Assembly (NCBI GenBank): GCA_001643675.2
Contig: LSRY02000022.1
Location: 62,001 to 126,000 of the forward strand
Direction: 5' to 3'
DNA: 64,000 nt
Source of the DNA: Monocercomonoides exilis PA203
Taxonomy: Eukaryota; Protista; Preaxostyla
This document shows positions 1 to 12,666 of this stretch, piece by piece. A program made the position numbers and the translations under genes. Numbering within the stretch: position 1 is the first letter of the stretch; each line of letters starts with the position of its first letter. The notes beneath the pieces are model-generated. The model made no database searches, was not told the origin of the DNA, and was given only the letters and a program-made list of their open reading frames with translations.

Positions 1-2225
1 GCTCTCTTTTTGAAAAAACAGGAGATAGCGATCTTTGGCGGCTCAATTTCTTTCTGAATTGAAGTCTTTCATGTCTTTGATTGGTTTCGTTTTCTTCTTT
101 TTCTTCTTTCCTTATTCTTTTTCGACGATTCAGAATCTTTTTCTTCGAAGGATTATTTGAAGAATCCATTAGCTTTTTGAGATCATCATGACTTCGTTTT
201 GAATTTTGTGATGAGCGTTGACTGTTGGAACATTGTGATTCAAATACTTTCATTTGAGAACAAAGAATTGATAGATTGTTTTCAGCTTCCTGTATTTGAT
301 GTTGAATCTCTTTTAATGTGGTCACTTTCGAAGAAAACTGAGACATAAGAGGAGGTGTTTCTTTGGAAGATTTGGATGATTTTGAAGAACGAACAAGTTA
401 TTGTTTGACTGATAATGGCTTTTGCACTTTTAGGAAGTCAGTTGTCACAGATTTGGCTGATTCATGTTCGCTAGCTGTTGGATTTTCGAGATCTTTTTTA
501 AAAGAAAAATCTCCGAATAATTCATTTTTCCATGAATTTGAAGATGCTTTCTTTGCATTTTTCTCACTTGACGAAGAGACAGGAGAACCTGATATTCTTG
601 TTCGAACAGAAGAAGCTGCAATAGGCCACACTCCAGTTTTGACAAATGAAGCTTTCACGGTGGAAAAAGTTATTGCAGCTGCTACAGCATCAGGAAGTGC
701 ATTTGCGAGAGCAGATCGATAAGCACTCAAAGAAAACTTGGAAGGAGGGCAAAACTTGCTGTAGAGTGTGAACTTAAAACGAGAAAATACATAAGAATCA
801 CATGGCTGCAGAAAATGAGTCATGTTTGGAGGAAATTTCAGAATAACAATATTATTCTTTGCGGCTTCCCTTGTCACTAATTCATCATCATGTGATCTGT
901 GATTGTCCATCAGTTGAAGAGCTTTTTTTGTTGAATTCGGTTTAACTTTGGAGGTAATCAGAGAAATCCAGCAGCCAATCATTATTTCTCTGAAAATCTC
1001 TTTCGTTATCCATCCTGATGAAGAATAAATGTTACGAATATCAAAAGCTGACAACGAAGAGAATTCATCTGGAGTTTCTTTTCTGGGCCATAACAAAAAT
1101 CTTGGAAGAGAAGATCCGTCTTCGCATATACACAAGCACAATGTAGCATTTGGAACTTTTGGTGGTTTCGGCGGAGAAGGAGGAATCTGGTTTTTCATTC
1201 AAACCACAAGTTTCATTGATGTTTCACCGCAGCTTAAAGAAGTTTTATCGAAATTGAAGATTGTTGATGAATCAATATTATGCTTTTTGATGACTTCAGC
1301 AAAGTATAAAAACCATTTTCGAACATTTTCCGGGGATTGAGCTGAAATTTTTGACATTTCCATTGGTCTGGATAAAGCCGATTGTGATACTTCACTTCTT
1401 TCAATAAGTTTGTAAGCATATTTGCAGTTTACTGTTTTTGGAATTTGTTTTTCATCACATTCTTTTTCCAGCAGATCAACGCACTAAATTAATATTGAAA
1501 AGAAATCTAATGCAAATTTAAATTGATAATTGAAAAAAACCATCGATTGAATATCTTTAACTCGAACAATCGTATCTTCAGATAACATTGCCATAACCTG
1601 ATTTTCAATGGTTTCAAGCTGACTTTTGGATATCGATAATGGATGACCTTCTTTTCCAACAACTCTACAAGACTTTTCCGCTTTGATTCCCCGATACCAT
1701 GCGCTTTTCGAAATAGCTCCTGATTAAATTGCTGTTTTGAAATTGACAGCATTTTTGCATTTGATTTCGAAAACTTTTTGGCTTGCCGATTTAATATTTC
1801 TATATTCACTTAAGGCAAGTGTACGTCTGAGCTGCAGAGGTGAAAGTTGCTGTTTATTTTCCATGGTTAAGGGTTTCGATCAATAATTCAAAATAAGTTG
1901 CAGATGACTTTAAAATCATGAAGATGTCTTAAACAGCAAATGACTAACGGAAATTTCAAACAATTCGTTTATGACAACAAAATATTCTGCATCTTGTTAA
2001 TTTGCGAAAAAAAGAACAAATTGAAAGAGAAGCATTTGGAGTTGCTAATACTTCTCAATCAAACAAAGATATTTAACTTATCCAACATTTATATCTGGAA
2101 AATGAATTTATGGATTTTATTGTACAAAACAGAAGTGTTTTTGAACAACGAATAAGTTTCTCTGATTTTCAAAAGAATTATTCAGTTCCGGGTTTGGCAC
2201 TGAGTTCCGGGTTTAGCACCAATAG
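1..2225 (-). mobile_element. pogo/Tigger-like (DDE_1) DNA transposon; other end lies outside the window
   Basis: Transposase pseudogene on - strand. Terminal segment 2183-2225 has two tandem AGTTCCGGGTTT(G/A)GCAC motifs followed by TA (2226-2227). No partner TIR in the window. Confidence 0.75.
398..1864 (-). pseudogene. DDE_1 family transposase pseudogene with one intron (~1484-1540)
   Basis: ATG at 1864 (MENKQQLSP...), GT-AG intron, then IFNFDKTS (DET-like first Asp motif), SSGWITKEIF, MDNHRSH, PPNMTHFLQPCDSYVF. In-frame stops (e.g. TGA 1199-1201). A K/S-rich tail runs on past 398. Confidence 0.85.
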
Positions 2226-2229
2226 TATA

Positions 2230-2574
2230 TAGTGTGTCACAAATCCGGGACATGTCACAAATCCGGGAAAGTGCATAAATTTCAGCTTTTATAAAACTTT
2301 TCACACATTCATTTGTTTCAAATTAAATAAAGGATGCATTTGAAGTTATAAGAATTGCTTTTTTAATATTACAGTTTTCGTAAAAACCCTTTTTCTTCTG
2401 ATTTCGTGTTATAAATAAATAATGAAGAAAAAGGGTTTTTACGAAAACTGTAATATTAAAAAAGCAATTCTTATAACTTCAAATGCTTCCTTTATTTAAT
2501 TTGAAACAAATGAATGTGTGAAAAGTTTTATAAAAGCTGAAATTTATGCACTTTCCCGGATTTGTGACACTCTA
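2230..2574. mobile_element. Foldback MITE (~345 bp) with ~145-bp near-perfect arms, TA-flanked
   Basis: 2254-2398 is the reverse complement of ~2424-2569. Termini are TAGTGTGTCACAAATCCGGGA and TCCCGGATTTGTGACACTCTA, with TA on both sides. No coding content. Confidence 0.9.
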
Positions 2575-3691
2575 TATATTTTATTCAAATCAATAAAGTT
2601 TATGTTTTTTATTATGCAAAAAGTTCAACCATAAATTACATCGAACTTGAAAATAACTTGTGAAATAAAAAACACAACTCAAACATTCAGCTCTTATTGA
2701 GAAAACATCCATCATCCTCAACCACAAAAAAAGAACTTATCTCAAAAGTTTTTTTCTCTTTTTTCCATAATTTTGTCATGACCTCACTGTAAATTCTCAC
2801 GAATATTTTAAAAAAAATAAAAATGAAAGAGAGACACGTTGAATGTTTTATAGATATAAACTTTTTCTCTTTGAAAAGTCATTTTTTGCTTCAACGTTTG
2901 AGAATCGAATTCGTTTCATTTCTCCTGGAGATGAATGCTCAAATGAAATTGTGCATCTAATTGAAAAAGCGTTGAAAATCAGATGACTGAATTGATAGAA
3001 TGCAGAAAAAAAGACAGGCTCAATTTGAAACAATGAGTATTGATCTCAATCAATGGATTGTCAAGTGAGAACATCGCCCTTCCAGAGATGGGCTGGAAAA
3101 AAGTGCGAGATAAAAATATAGACAATAACATTTAAACAATAAAAAGTGTATAATAAATTATCCGCTTCACTTCCCCACCGACTTCGCCTTTTGCTATGGT
3201 TGCGAAGAACAAAAGGCAGGGGACTATGCCCTTCGGAGCTGTCTTTTGAAGGCTGCGCAGGGATCCGGTGAGGCGAGAATGTTCATGGAGCAGAAAGAAA
3301 AACCACTCTCTTCCATGTGAGGATTGGAAAAGATAACTGCCTATGCAGGACTCTGCATCCCGCTTCTCTGTTGCATCAGCAGAGCAACCTCAATCGTCAC
3401 CCACTGTATGGACTGCTCTGACTCTTCTGTGTTAAAAACAGTCGTTATCGTGTTGAGGAGAAAGCTTTTTGATTAAAACTGTTTATTCATTCTATTTGTA
3501 TATTTTCAGATCCTAGACGTACACAAATCACTTCGGGCGTTTATTCTTTCTTTCTCTCTTTCTATGTCTCGCCCTTTTTTCTAGCCATCTCCCAACATGC
3601 TTCTGGTTCCACTTCGCACGACTCCGCCTATCGTCTATCCATCCGCATTGCTATTATCTCGGAGCAAACATGTCTCACTGCGTTTTTATTA

Positions 3692-3752
3692 ATTCACAAT
3701 GGAGCGAATCAACAAACGCAAGGAGCAGGTTTGCTCCTCAATAATGAGTCTT
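3692..3752. repeat. 61-bp hairpin-containing repeat, inverted copy at 17499-17559
   Basis: ATTCACAATGGAGCGAATCAACAAACGCAAGGAGCAGGTTTGCTCCTCAATAATGAGTCTT matches the reverse complement of 17499-17559 at 59/61. Contains the stem-loop AGGAGCA-GGTT-TGCTCCT. Confidence 0.9.
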
Positions 3753-4369
3753 GAAGGCCCCTTTTTTATATATTTATTTTGATTAAATTCCACTTTTATT
3801 AATTTATTTATTAATTTATAGTGATCTTAAACCCTCCTGCTTAACACTTTCTCGTGCGGCTGATGAATTGAAGGACTGCGGATGAAGGTGCGGCCCCTGT
3901 CTCTACTCCCTCCCTCTCTTGGAATGTTTTCGGGGTGTTCTCGATCGTGTCTTCTGCGCTTGAACAGTCATGATAATTTGCCCTATGCTTCTCTTTCCGC
4001 GCCTCCTCCGATCAGTTTCAAACTTTTTCTGTGAGGCAATCTGTCTGCTTTCCGTCATTTCCATAATGCTGCGGGGAATTTTGAGGTGTGTTTTCCGATT
4101 CAAGAGTGATCGCGATGGGGAGTTCCGTGACAAAGTTATTTCTCTTTGCATTCTCTCTTCTCAAAGCTATAAGTCTCGTTTCTTTAGCCACTTTCTCCTT
4201 CCTCATATCTTCTTCTCACGCCGTTTCTGATGTCTTTTCAGTACAGTTTTTTATCTCTAAATTTGCTTTCTCGATTCTTATTTCATTCCTTTCTCTATTT
4301 GAATCCAACATTTCTTCTTCTCCACGAGGGGATTCTTGGAAGTCGATCGTCAACAAAATCCATTTCATA

Positions 4370-5650
4370 TCTTGAACAGGTTATATGTATAAAATTTTTG
4401 GGCCACTCTTGATCCTGGCTCCTCTCTTGCGTGCATGTTGCTCGCTTTCCAATCCGAGCCTTCATATCTTGATATGTGTTTTGAAACTTTATATCGAATC
4501 GAGAACACTTTCAAAGTGTCGTGTATTTCAAACTATCTTTGGATAGCTTCTTATTATTCTTTTATTCTCTGCATATTTGCATGCAGATTTTCTCTTATGC
4601 CAACCACACTTGTTCATCCTGAAAAGTTGTCTAGACAAAATTGAACCATCGTTGGAGCGTTTCTTCTGTATTAATGAGTGCGTTTGAATGTGTGTTAATA
4701 TCGATTTTATAGTCTTCCTTAATGTTATCTTTATCTACACTTCTATTAATACAGTATCTTCTTTCAATATAGAACACTCCCTTCTCAATCTCTCCAGCTC
4801 AGCTAGCTCTAAAGTTACAAAATTACAGTGAGGATGAGGGCTCTCCTCTGGAGTGCTTGTGGGTCTGTGAAATTCTTTGTGGCTTTTTTCACTTCAGTAA
4901 TAATTGCAAAATCCCACATTGGTTTACATCATTTGCCCTTTCTCGGCTTTTCTCCAACATAAGTTTTTCTTTTTTCTTTTTCTTTTTTTTTTTTTTTTTT
5001 TTTTGAAATAAATCTATATCTTTCACATTCGTATCAATTTCTCTGAAAAGTTTAACAGACTCGAACACTTTTAGTTCAGCTTTATCAATCTTTCCACTTG
5101 AAACATTTGTTATGGATAGAGTTTCAATAAATTCTTAAACAGTCCACTTGGCATCTTTGGTTGTGAGTGTGTCAGTATCAACCACACTTTCTCTGTCCAA
5201 AAATTGTTAAAATTTGTACAGCGCTCTCCACGTATCCCTTTCGTTCTTTTTATTAGTCAAAATTTCTGCTTATATATCCTTCACTCCAACGTCTTCTCCC
5301 CATGTCTGAAAAAGGTCCCTTCTTCGATATTCTCCTCTCCAGTCTAACACTTATGATTTCTAATGGGGGTAACTTCTAGTCATCATTTCACATCTCTTTA
5401 AAGGTCAATCTGATGTTTCTCAATTACAGATTAGCACTATCTAGTTCAAATACAGCTCAATCACTCTTTCCACCTTCTCAGAGAGGATAGTTTTTTTTAA
5501 TAGTTCCGCAGGGCACAGGAGCAATCGGGTCTGAAATTGAATCAAGTCTTCTCGGTACAATTGTTTCAAATATCTCTGCGACTTTTTCCCACTCTCGGTG
5601 CATTGTCCTGTTTTTTCTAAGTCCGTCTGAGTATGTCTAGCAGCATTTCA
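4370..5650 (-). pseudogene. Decayed tyrosine recombinase (DIRS-like YR), possibly preceded by a remnant of the DIRS methyltransferase-like region
   Basis: Manual - strand translation through stops/frameshifts: ERDTWRALYKF, CKPMWDF, ALQRRALILTVI..(L)AELERL (box I region), VFSIRY (HxxR-like box), NMHAREEPGSRVAQKFY (catalytic Tyr). Upstream KLPPLEI and LLLCPAELLKK fragments are weaker. Confidence 0.65.
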
Positions 5651-5699
5651 GCTGAGATATGCGGAGTCTTCTTCTAATTTCATCACGCCGCAACATACG

Positions 5700-6440
5700 T
5701 CTTATTTCAGTATCCGCCTCTCGCGGTCTTCCGCAGTCTCATGCTCTATCTTCTCCTCGCTATTCTTTGCGGATTTCACTTCTTCAATTTTCTCCCGAAA
5801 TTTCGCTGTTACAATATCTACTCCTGACTCGCGAAAATGCATTGTTCCTCATCTTATTATCGATTCGTAATCTCTCTCACTTTTTTTCTCTATCCTTCTC
5901 TCACAGCAAACTCAGCTTTCTCTTCCTTCAAACCCTTTCGATCAAAAGCAATTTGTCACTCCACTATAACCTCGCGACAATACACAGCAATCTTTTATCT
6001 CTCCGTCCCGTTATATTTCACGGTTTCACTTTTGTAATTATTTCTCTTATATTGAATCGTATCCTATCTTATTATAAATTGATGATATTTCACTCTTTCA
6101 GTTTTGATATGTTGTTGAAATGCAGCTTGTCTCTGTTTCCTTAGCAAAAGTCTATTGATTTTCTGAGCTTTCAATCTCAATTATCATCTCGCTGCGAAGC
6201 GCGGTTCTCTGCTCTATCTCCACTCATGATCTCGTGATTGAACGCGGTTTCTATCTTTCATCTCATGGACTTGCTGCAGAGTGTGGTTCTCTTTTCTCTC
6301 TCTTTTCTCATGATCTCGAAATCAAACGCTGTTTTATTCTCTGTTACTATCTCTCGAATGTGCACAGCTCCGTTAAAAATAATTATCTTTCAACTGTTAT
6401 GAAATGATCCTTCTATTAATGTCTCGCTGCAATCTGTGCC
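5700..6440. repeat. Degenerate ATCTCGCTGCAAT / CATGATCTCG motif-rich tract, related to 16059-17260
   Basis: Recurrent TCTCGCTGC/TCTCG motifs. CTCTCGAATGTGCACAGCTC (~6351) resembles CTCTCGAATATGCACAGCCTC (~16604). Confidence 0.55.
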
Positions 6441-7199
6441 TCGATTTTCAAAAATATCCTTGTTATATGGCTAAATTTTTTTGAAAAGTGACATCAGATC
6501 AAAAATCTGACCCATGGAAGTTATTTTTTAATCATTCCGTTACCATTATACGAATGGATATATCAAACTTTCATAATGATATTTGTTGGTTCATTGCAAA
6601 CCTCTATATAAGGAAAAAATTTTTGAAACAAAAAATAATATATCCAAGATTTGGATCAAAATAAAAATTGAGAATTTTCGATGAATATGCGATAATAATT
6701 TTTGGTATATCATGAAATTGTTGATACATAAAGTTCACAACGTGTTCCTTAATAATTTTTGTTCGAAAAATTTTTATTCTCATGTTATTTAGTAATTTGT
6801 TATATCAGAAGTTTTTTTATGTTCAATCTGTATCTGAACTTTTCTCTGAAATAAAATTTGCCTCCACATGTTCAATGCATATGAAAATTGAATAATTTTA
6901 GTGGTTTTCATTTTGTTTAGACCATAAATTTTATAATTAAATTAATTATTTGAACATATTTTTGAATTGAAAGGTTTGTTGTTAATAGCCAACTTTTGTT
7001 TCATCAATTACGCAACAGACAAAGATATGAATTCGAGCGCATTTCCAGGATGTGGAAGCACAATGAAGTCAAAATGAGGCTTGATGATGTTACGTGCAGG
7101 GAATGAAAACGAAGTGAAAGTGAATGGAGGATCTTTTGATAGCTTCTTTTGTTTGTAATCCAACGGATTTGGGGGATGAATCCTTCTTCGATAATTGAA

Positions 7200-10057
7200 T
7201 AAAAATCTACTTACTTGATAACTTCTTCCTTTGGTACAAACACAAAAGTTTGCACATTGATCAGCTGGGGATACTCTTGCACACACACATCTCACTTCAC
7301 CACTTGCATCTTCACACGCAGGAAACATCACACAATCACTCTCTCAAGCACATTCTTCACATCCATCCGTAACAATTTCATTGAAAATTCCACATCTGCT
7401 CGGTAATAATTCTCCTTTTCCTGATACTTGAAAAAGACTTCCTTCTCTTCCTCCTGCGACAAATATGAGCAGCCTCTTCGAACTTTTTCATCCATTGTTC
7501 CTTCTGTTTCTGCCCTCACTCGGTTCCCTCCCTCTCGTCTGCAACACACGTCATGCTCCCGCATTGACGCACGCACAGGATAGCGCTATACACTTGTCTC
7601 ATTGGAAAAAAGAATTCATACAACGACATCTGCGTACCATACACCTTTAGAACAATGCTCTGTGTTCTTGTCTCGCTGCACATTTGTTGCAGGATCAACT
7701 CTCCTGGCGCTTGTATTTGCACCATCACCGAACTCTATACTCTCATCGTGTTATTCGGAACTGCACCACACACATACTAACCCGGCTCGCATCTTCTCCC
7801 ACTCCACATCCTTCCTCGCCTTCTACCCTCCTCATATACCTCCCACTCTTCGCTCGCATCATACACAAACTCCTTCACAACTACCGACTTCATCTGCAAG
7901 CATTTGCCTGGCACATTTAACCAAAATCTGTGTCACCTTGTTTGCATTTATCATTCTCTCTCTCCTTCCTATCCCACTTCTTCTTTCTTTTCATCAAACG
8001 AATTCATCTACTTCACAAACAGCACAGCTGCTGTTTTCATTCTCCAAATTGAAGAACATCCCCTTCCTCAACTCGTCTCTTATGCCTTCTCCATGCAAAC
8101 CTGCAGCGCACAAACATCTGTCAGTGCGGCTTCAAACGCTGCTGACGTAAACGTATCAGTACCTTCAATCATATTCGCTGACTCAAAAGGAAAAGCCATC
8201 TCCCACTTACACGTATCGCTTACCACCTCTTGTCCCTCACATCCAAGCAGATTCCACAAATAACCCAGACAGAAATGGCTCCACTCAATTAGAGCATTTA
8301 GAAAAGAAGCTACGTGATGATATTATTTCTCCCTCTCCTCCTTCAAATGTTCATCCAACTGAAACTTTGCAATTGGTGCTATCTCTTCTTCTTCCTCAAC
8401 ATCACCTCCACCACCATCTGCAAAAGAGTTAAAAGAAGCAAAACCAAAGTCATAATGCTTATTCTCTGTGACCATATTCAACAACTTCTTAGTACTTAAC
8501 TGAACATCCGCTCAAAAAGAGTGGACAATCTGAAATGCTCTTCGAGGCATCGCTCCTGCTTGCTCATCCTCTGTATTGCATTCGATTGTATCAACGTTAT
8601 CAGCATCAACACTGCCAATACACCTGTTCCTGCCGTCTCAACCATCGACATTGCCATTCAACCACTCAACCTCTCCTCTCTTTCAATCTGCTTCGTCTGC
8701 CTCATCTGCTATTTCGCTTCTGTTGCACCTCCAAGCAGACACAGCATCAGCTTCAGCTCGTCATTGTTCCGAATGTTTCACCCGCCCATTGCGCGCATGT
8801 CACTCAGCTGCACATCGTTGAAAATAATCTTCTGCATGTAAGGCAGAATCCCTTCTTTATTCTGCACAAGCTCCATTAGCTTTATCGTTGCCGTCTCATT
8901 CGAAACGCAAACTCAAATCATCTTCACTTCCATCGTTCTGATATGTACTTTCATCTTGTGACAAAACCCCTCTTTCGTTGAATGCTTGCGCCGATGCTCC
9001 TTTCACACTGCTCTTTCTTCTTTCTTCTTCTTCTTCTGCCTCAATCAACCCCTCAACATCCAATCCCGATCGAAGCACTGTCTCAAACATCTTCTCCTCT
9101 TCTTTCTTATATCTCGCTTGCTTCTTCATCTTCACTTTCACATTCTCCACAAGCGCCACACATTTCCTCACACTCCTCTTTAGTAATTCTTCTCCTCTTC
9201 CTTCTCCTCTTCCTTCTCCTCTTTTCTTCGCCTTCTGCCCCAACTCCACCAGTCTTGCTGGCTCAGGCACCTGCTCCACTGCATTCGGCCCAGCAAACAA
9301 AGCCGGCTCTGAATTATTCCTCAAACAGCCTCACATCATATGCGCCCAGAAAATTGTGGTTAATCATCAACTTCTTTTTCCTTGCCAAACTCAGCTGAAT
9401 GGCTTTCACAGAAAATTTCTAATCCTTTTTGAATTGTAAAACAGTCATCTCCTCACACAAAAATTCGCCGTATCGATCGCCAAGCTCTCAGAATTTCTTC
9501 TTCTTCTTCTTTAAGCAACTTGCTCAACTCCTCAAACACATCTCAACACTCTTCAAATGCTCTCACTTTAGCCTCATGATTCTCCTCCTCATTCTTCTTC
9601 TTCGTCTTCGTCTTCTTCTTCCTCTTCTTCTTCCACTTCTTCTCGTTCTTCTCCTTTTAATTCTTCTTCTTCTTCTTCTTCTTCTTCTTCTTCTGCTTTT
9701 CTCTTACGTGATTATTCAGAAGATTATTCTGGTTCGTTGACTTCACGTTCATTGGACATCGAAGAAAGAAGAAGAAGAAACAAAGAAAGAGAAAGAGAAA
9801 GAAGAAGAAAAACAGAAAGCCAATTTTATCAAATAAAAGGAAGAAATTACAAGAAGGAGAAAAATAATTCGTTACTTTGTCCTTCTTCTTTTTCCTCTTC
9901 TTCCTCTTCCTCTTCTTCTTTTTCTTCTTCTTCCTCTCGAAATTCCTTTCGAAATTCTTCTCCTTCTTCTTCTATCAAATTCTCTAAAAATGATTAAGTT
10001 TCGTTGCAAAAAGAAGGAAAAGAAGGAAAAGAAGCGAAAGAAGGTATAAATCAACAA

Positions 10058-10088
<31 letters not shown>

Positions 10089-11900
10089 CTTCTTCTTCTT
10101 CTTCTTCTTCTTCTTCTTCTTCTTCTCCTCCTCCTCCTCCTCCTCCTCCTCCTCCTTTCTCCTTTTCTTCCATCCGTTTTCGATCTCCCGCCTCACAGAC
10201 TTAGATCCACCTCCACCACCTTCGCCGCCACATGCTCATCGTCTGTCACCACTGAAACAGAATTCCTTACCTTCACTGCAATCACCTCCGTCGAGATAAC
10301 CACACACCTCCTCTTCAATTCCATTGTAGCTTCATTCAACTCAACCGTTGTTGTCTCCACCCAAAAAAAGATGTTCTTCAGTTCTGCGTTCATCCCATTC
10401 CCTCTCCCATCATCCTGTTCATCATCTTATTTCTCTTCATCTCCATCGAGACTGCCATCTTCTCTCCGCTTGCTGCTCCTCCACAGATCGTATCCCCTAC
10501 AACTGTGCTCACCTCCTTCCTCCAAGTCTTCTGCATCACAACCCTATGTATCTGCTCAGACTGCGAATCCATCGTATTTCCCAGCGGCGCTACTGACGAC
10601 TGCCTTCACTGGATGTTTTCTTGCTATATGTCCAGCCTCTATTTTGATGTATTGGACGAAAACTACCCTCTCGCCTTCTGCAACTATGCCTCCATTCCCT
10701 CACCTTGTCATATCTGCTGCGTCTCCGGATCTGGTTCCCCGTCTAACACACTCCCAAACGCATGTACTCACTTCATCACTGCACAATTGGTCAGAATCTT
10801 CTTCACATCACCTACTTCTGCTCCTTCTCTGCTCTGCAGTGAAGCTTCAATCCCCTTCTCCGTTGTGAACTTCACCTTCAGTGAATCATCCATGCGCAAT
10901 ATCCAACGACGCTGTCACTGCACAGCACAGCAGCCGAAGCTTCATCTCAATGTGCGCATTCGCAAGGCGGATCAGCTCATCTTGGCTAGCAAAGATACCA
11001 CAAGCAGGCTCGCACTCCTCTGCTTTGTTCCTGAAACGTTCGACACTAACACAAAACTGGTCTTCCTAGTCTTCTTCAATAGTCTTCTTCATCCATGCCA
11101 CCCCCCTGTTGCATATGGAACCAAAATCTCGCAAGGCTCCAGAAACGACTACTTCTTCGGTGTTGTGCTTATGCTGCATTTCCGTTCGTTGATTCACGAC
11201 GCTGCACGACTTCTTGGAAGCAGCATGTTCAGTTCGTCCGGTACAGTCACAGGCCTCTTATCCGCTAAACACACGTCTCATTCGCTGACTGCCTTGTTGG
11301 ATCAGAACACTTCTCTTCGGCTTACCACCAGATTAAACAACAACGAGTATTCTGCTCTTCCGCTTGAATTCTTCTTCCACTCCAACTTCCTCCGCCTTTT
11401 CTCGCTCTTCCAGTTATGCAAATACAATTGTCACTGACGATAATGATATATCCTTTTTCCTTATCTCAGCAGTCACTAGCGCCTTCCTCACTTCTTCTTT
11501 CTCTCTTTCTCTCTCTCCCACTTTGCATACTGCAGCATTTCGCCCTATCACTTAGTTGAACAGCTTCTCCACCACACGCCTCAACTGCAGCGATCGTGAA
11601 ACCAACAGCTCATTCGCCTTCCACAGCAGCGACAAGTCAAACAGATCGAAGATCAACTGAAACGCAATCACATCCACAACTGTAAAGATCCTCTTACTCC
11701 CCGACATTATGCCCTTCAATGCAACAAGCTACAGAAGCGACTCCACTTGCGGAACAGAAAGCATCGCCCACCGCGCTATTGCAATAACATTTGCTATGTA
11801 TGCACGCAAGCAACATCAGGCATCTCGATCCCTTAGCACATCTCAGCATCATTGTCAGACTCTAATTCCAATTAATTTGTCTCGGCTGTAACAGAAGCAT
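7200..11900 (-). pseudogene. Decayed coding-like sequence(s) of unrecognised family, with trinucleotide tracts
   Basis: Higher GC; - strand frames give E/K/R/V-rich protein-like stretches broken by many stops. No recognisable domain. Confidence 0.4.
10059..10155. repeat. (CTT)n followed by (CCT)n microsatellite
   Basis: Directly visible. Confidence 0.95.
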
Positions 11901-12569
11901 CTGAAAGATCAATCAGTTATTTATCAACCAATGTCAAAATAACAGCGAAAATAAATGTGACTCAAGAAAAGAATTTTTATTACAAAAAATGAGTAATCTT
12001 TTAAACCTTCATAATTTAAATGTTACATCAGTTAAATATAATATTCTGTCTGATATTTTTGTTATTGGATTTTTAATTGTTTTTTGAACACACCTGTTTA
12101 AATCTAGAGCAATTTTTCCTTCCATGAATTGATATATTTTTTTAATGAAAAACGCAAGGAAAAAAACAAAACAAGCAACTTTTCATCTATTCTTATTCCA
12201 ACAAGTATAAATGATAAAATTTTCGTTATATTTTTAAAAATCAAACGAATATTCAAACGAATGCAATGAAAAAGATGAAAACAAAGACAAATAATAAATT
12301 AAAAACAAATGAACAGAAAAATGATATTTATCAACGCTAAAACGACGAAAAATATAAATGTTGACGAAATATTTGCATATTAGAAACTCAATTATTGTTG
12401 ATAGGAGCAAAAAAAGATGACACAATAATAAATTTAATATAAAATGGGAACGGAATGATCGAAATCTTGTGATCTTTTTTGATCTTTTGTGGGACAAAAT
12501 TAAAGTCATGGAACTTTTCAAAAAAATTTTGCCATATATGTGTGTGTATGTTTTCTTGCTGCATTTATC

Positions 12570-12634
12570 TAAACCTGTGTGACGTGATAAAGATTTTGTC
12601 TTCACGTCCGTCACTAAATTTTTTTCACGTCAGT

Positions 12635-12666
<32 letters not shown>

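Noticed and set aside
3721-3738. Helitron 3' hairpin
   Set aside because: No CTRR end at the expected distance, and the motif is part of an inverted pair associated with a YR remnant.
9429-10204. Poly-L/S/K/E ORFs, likewise those at 52677-54384 (-) and 63229-63708
   Set aside because: They are products of CTT/CCT/CT microsatellites with no independent coding evidence.
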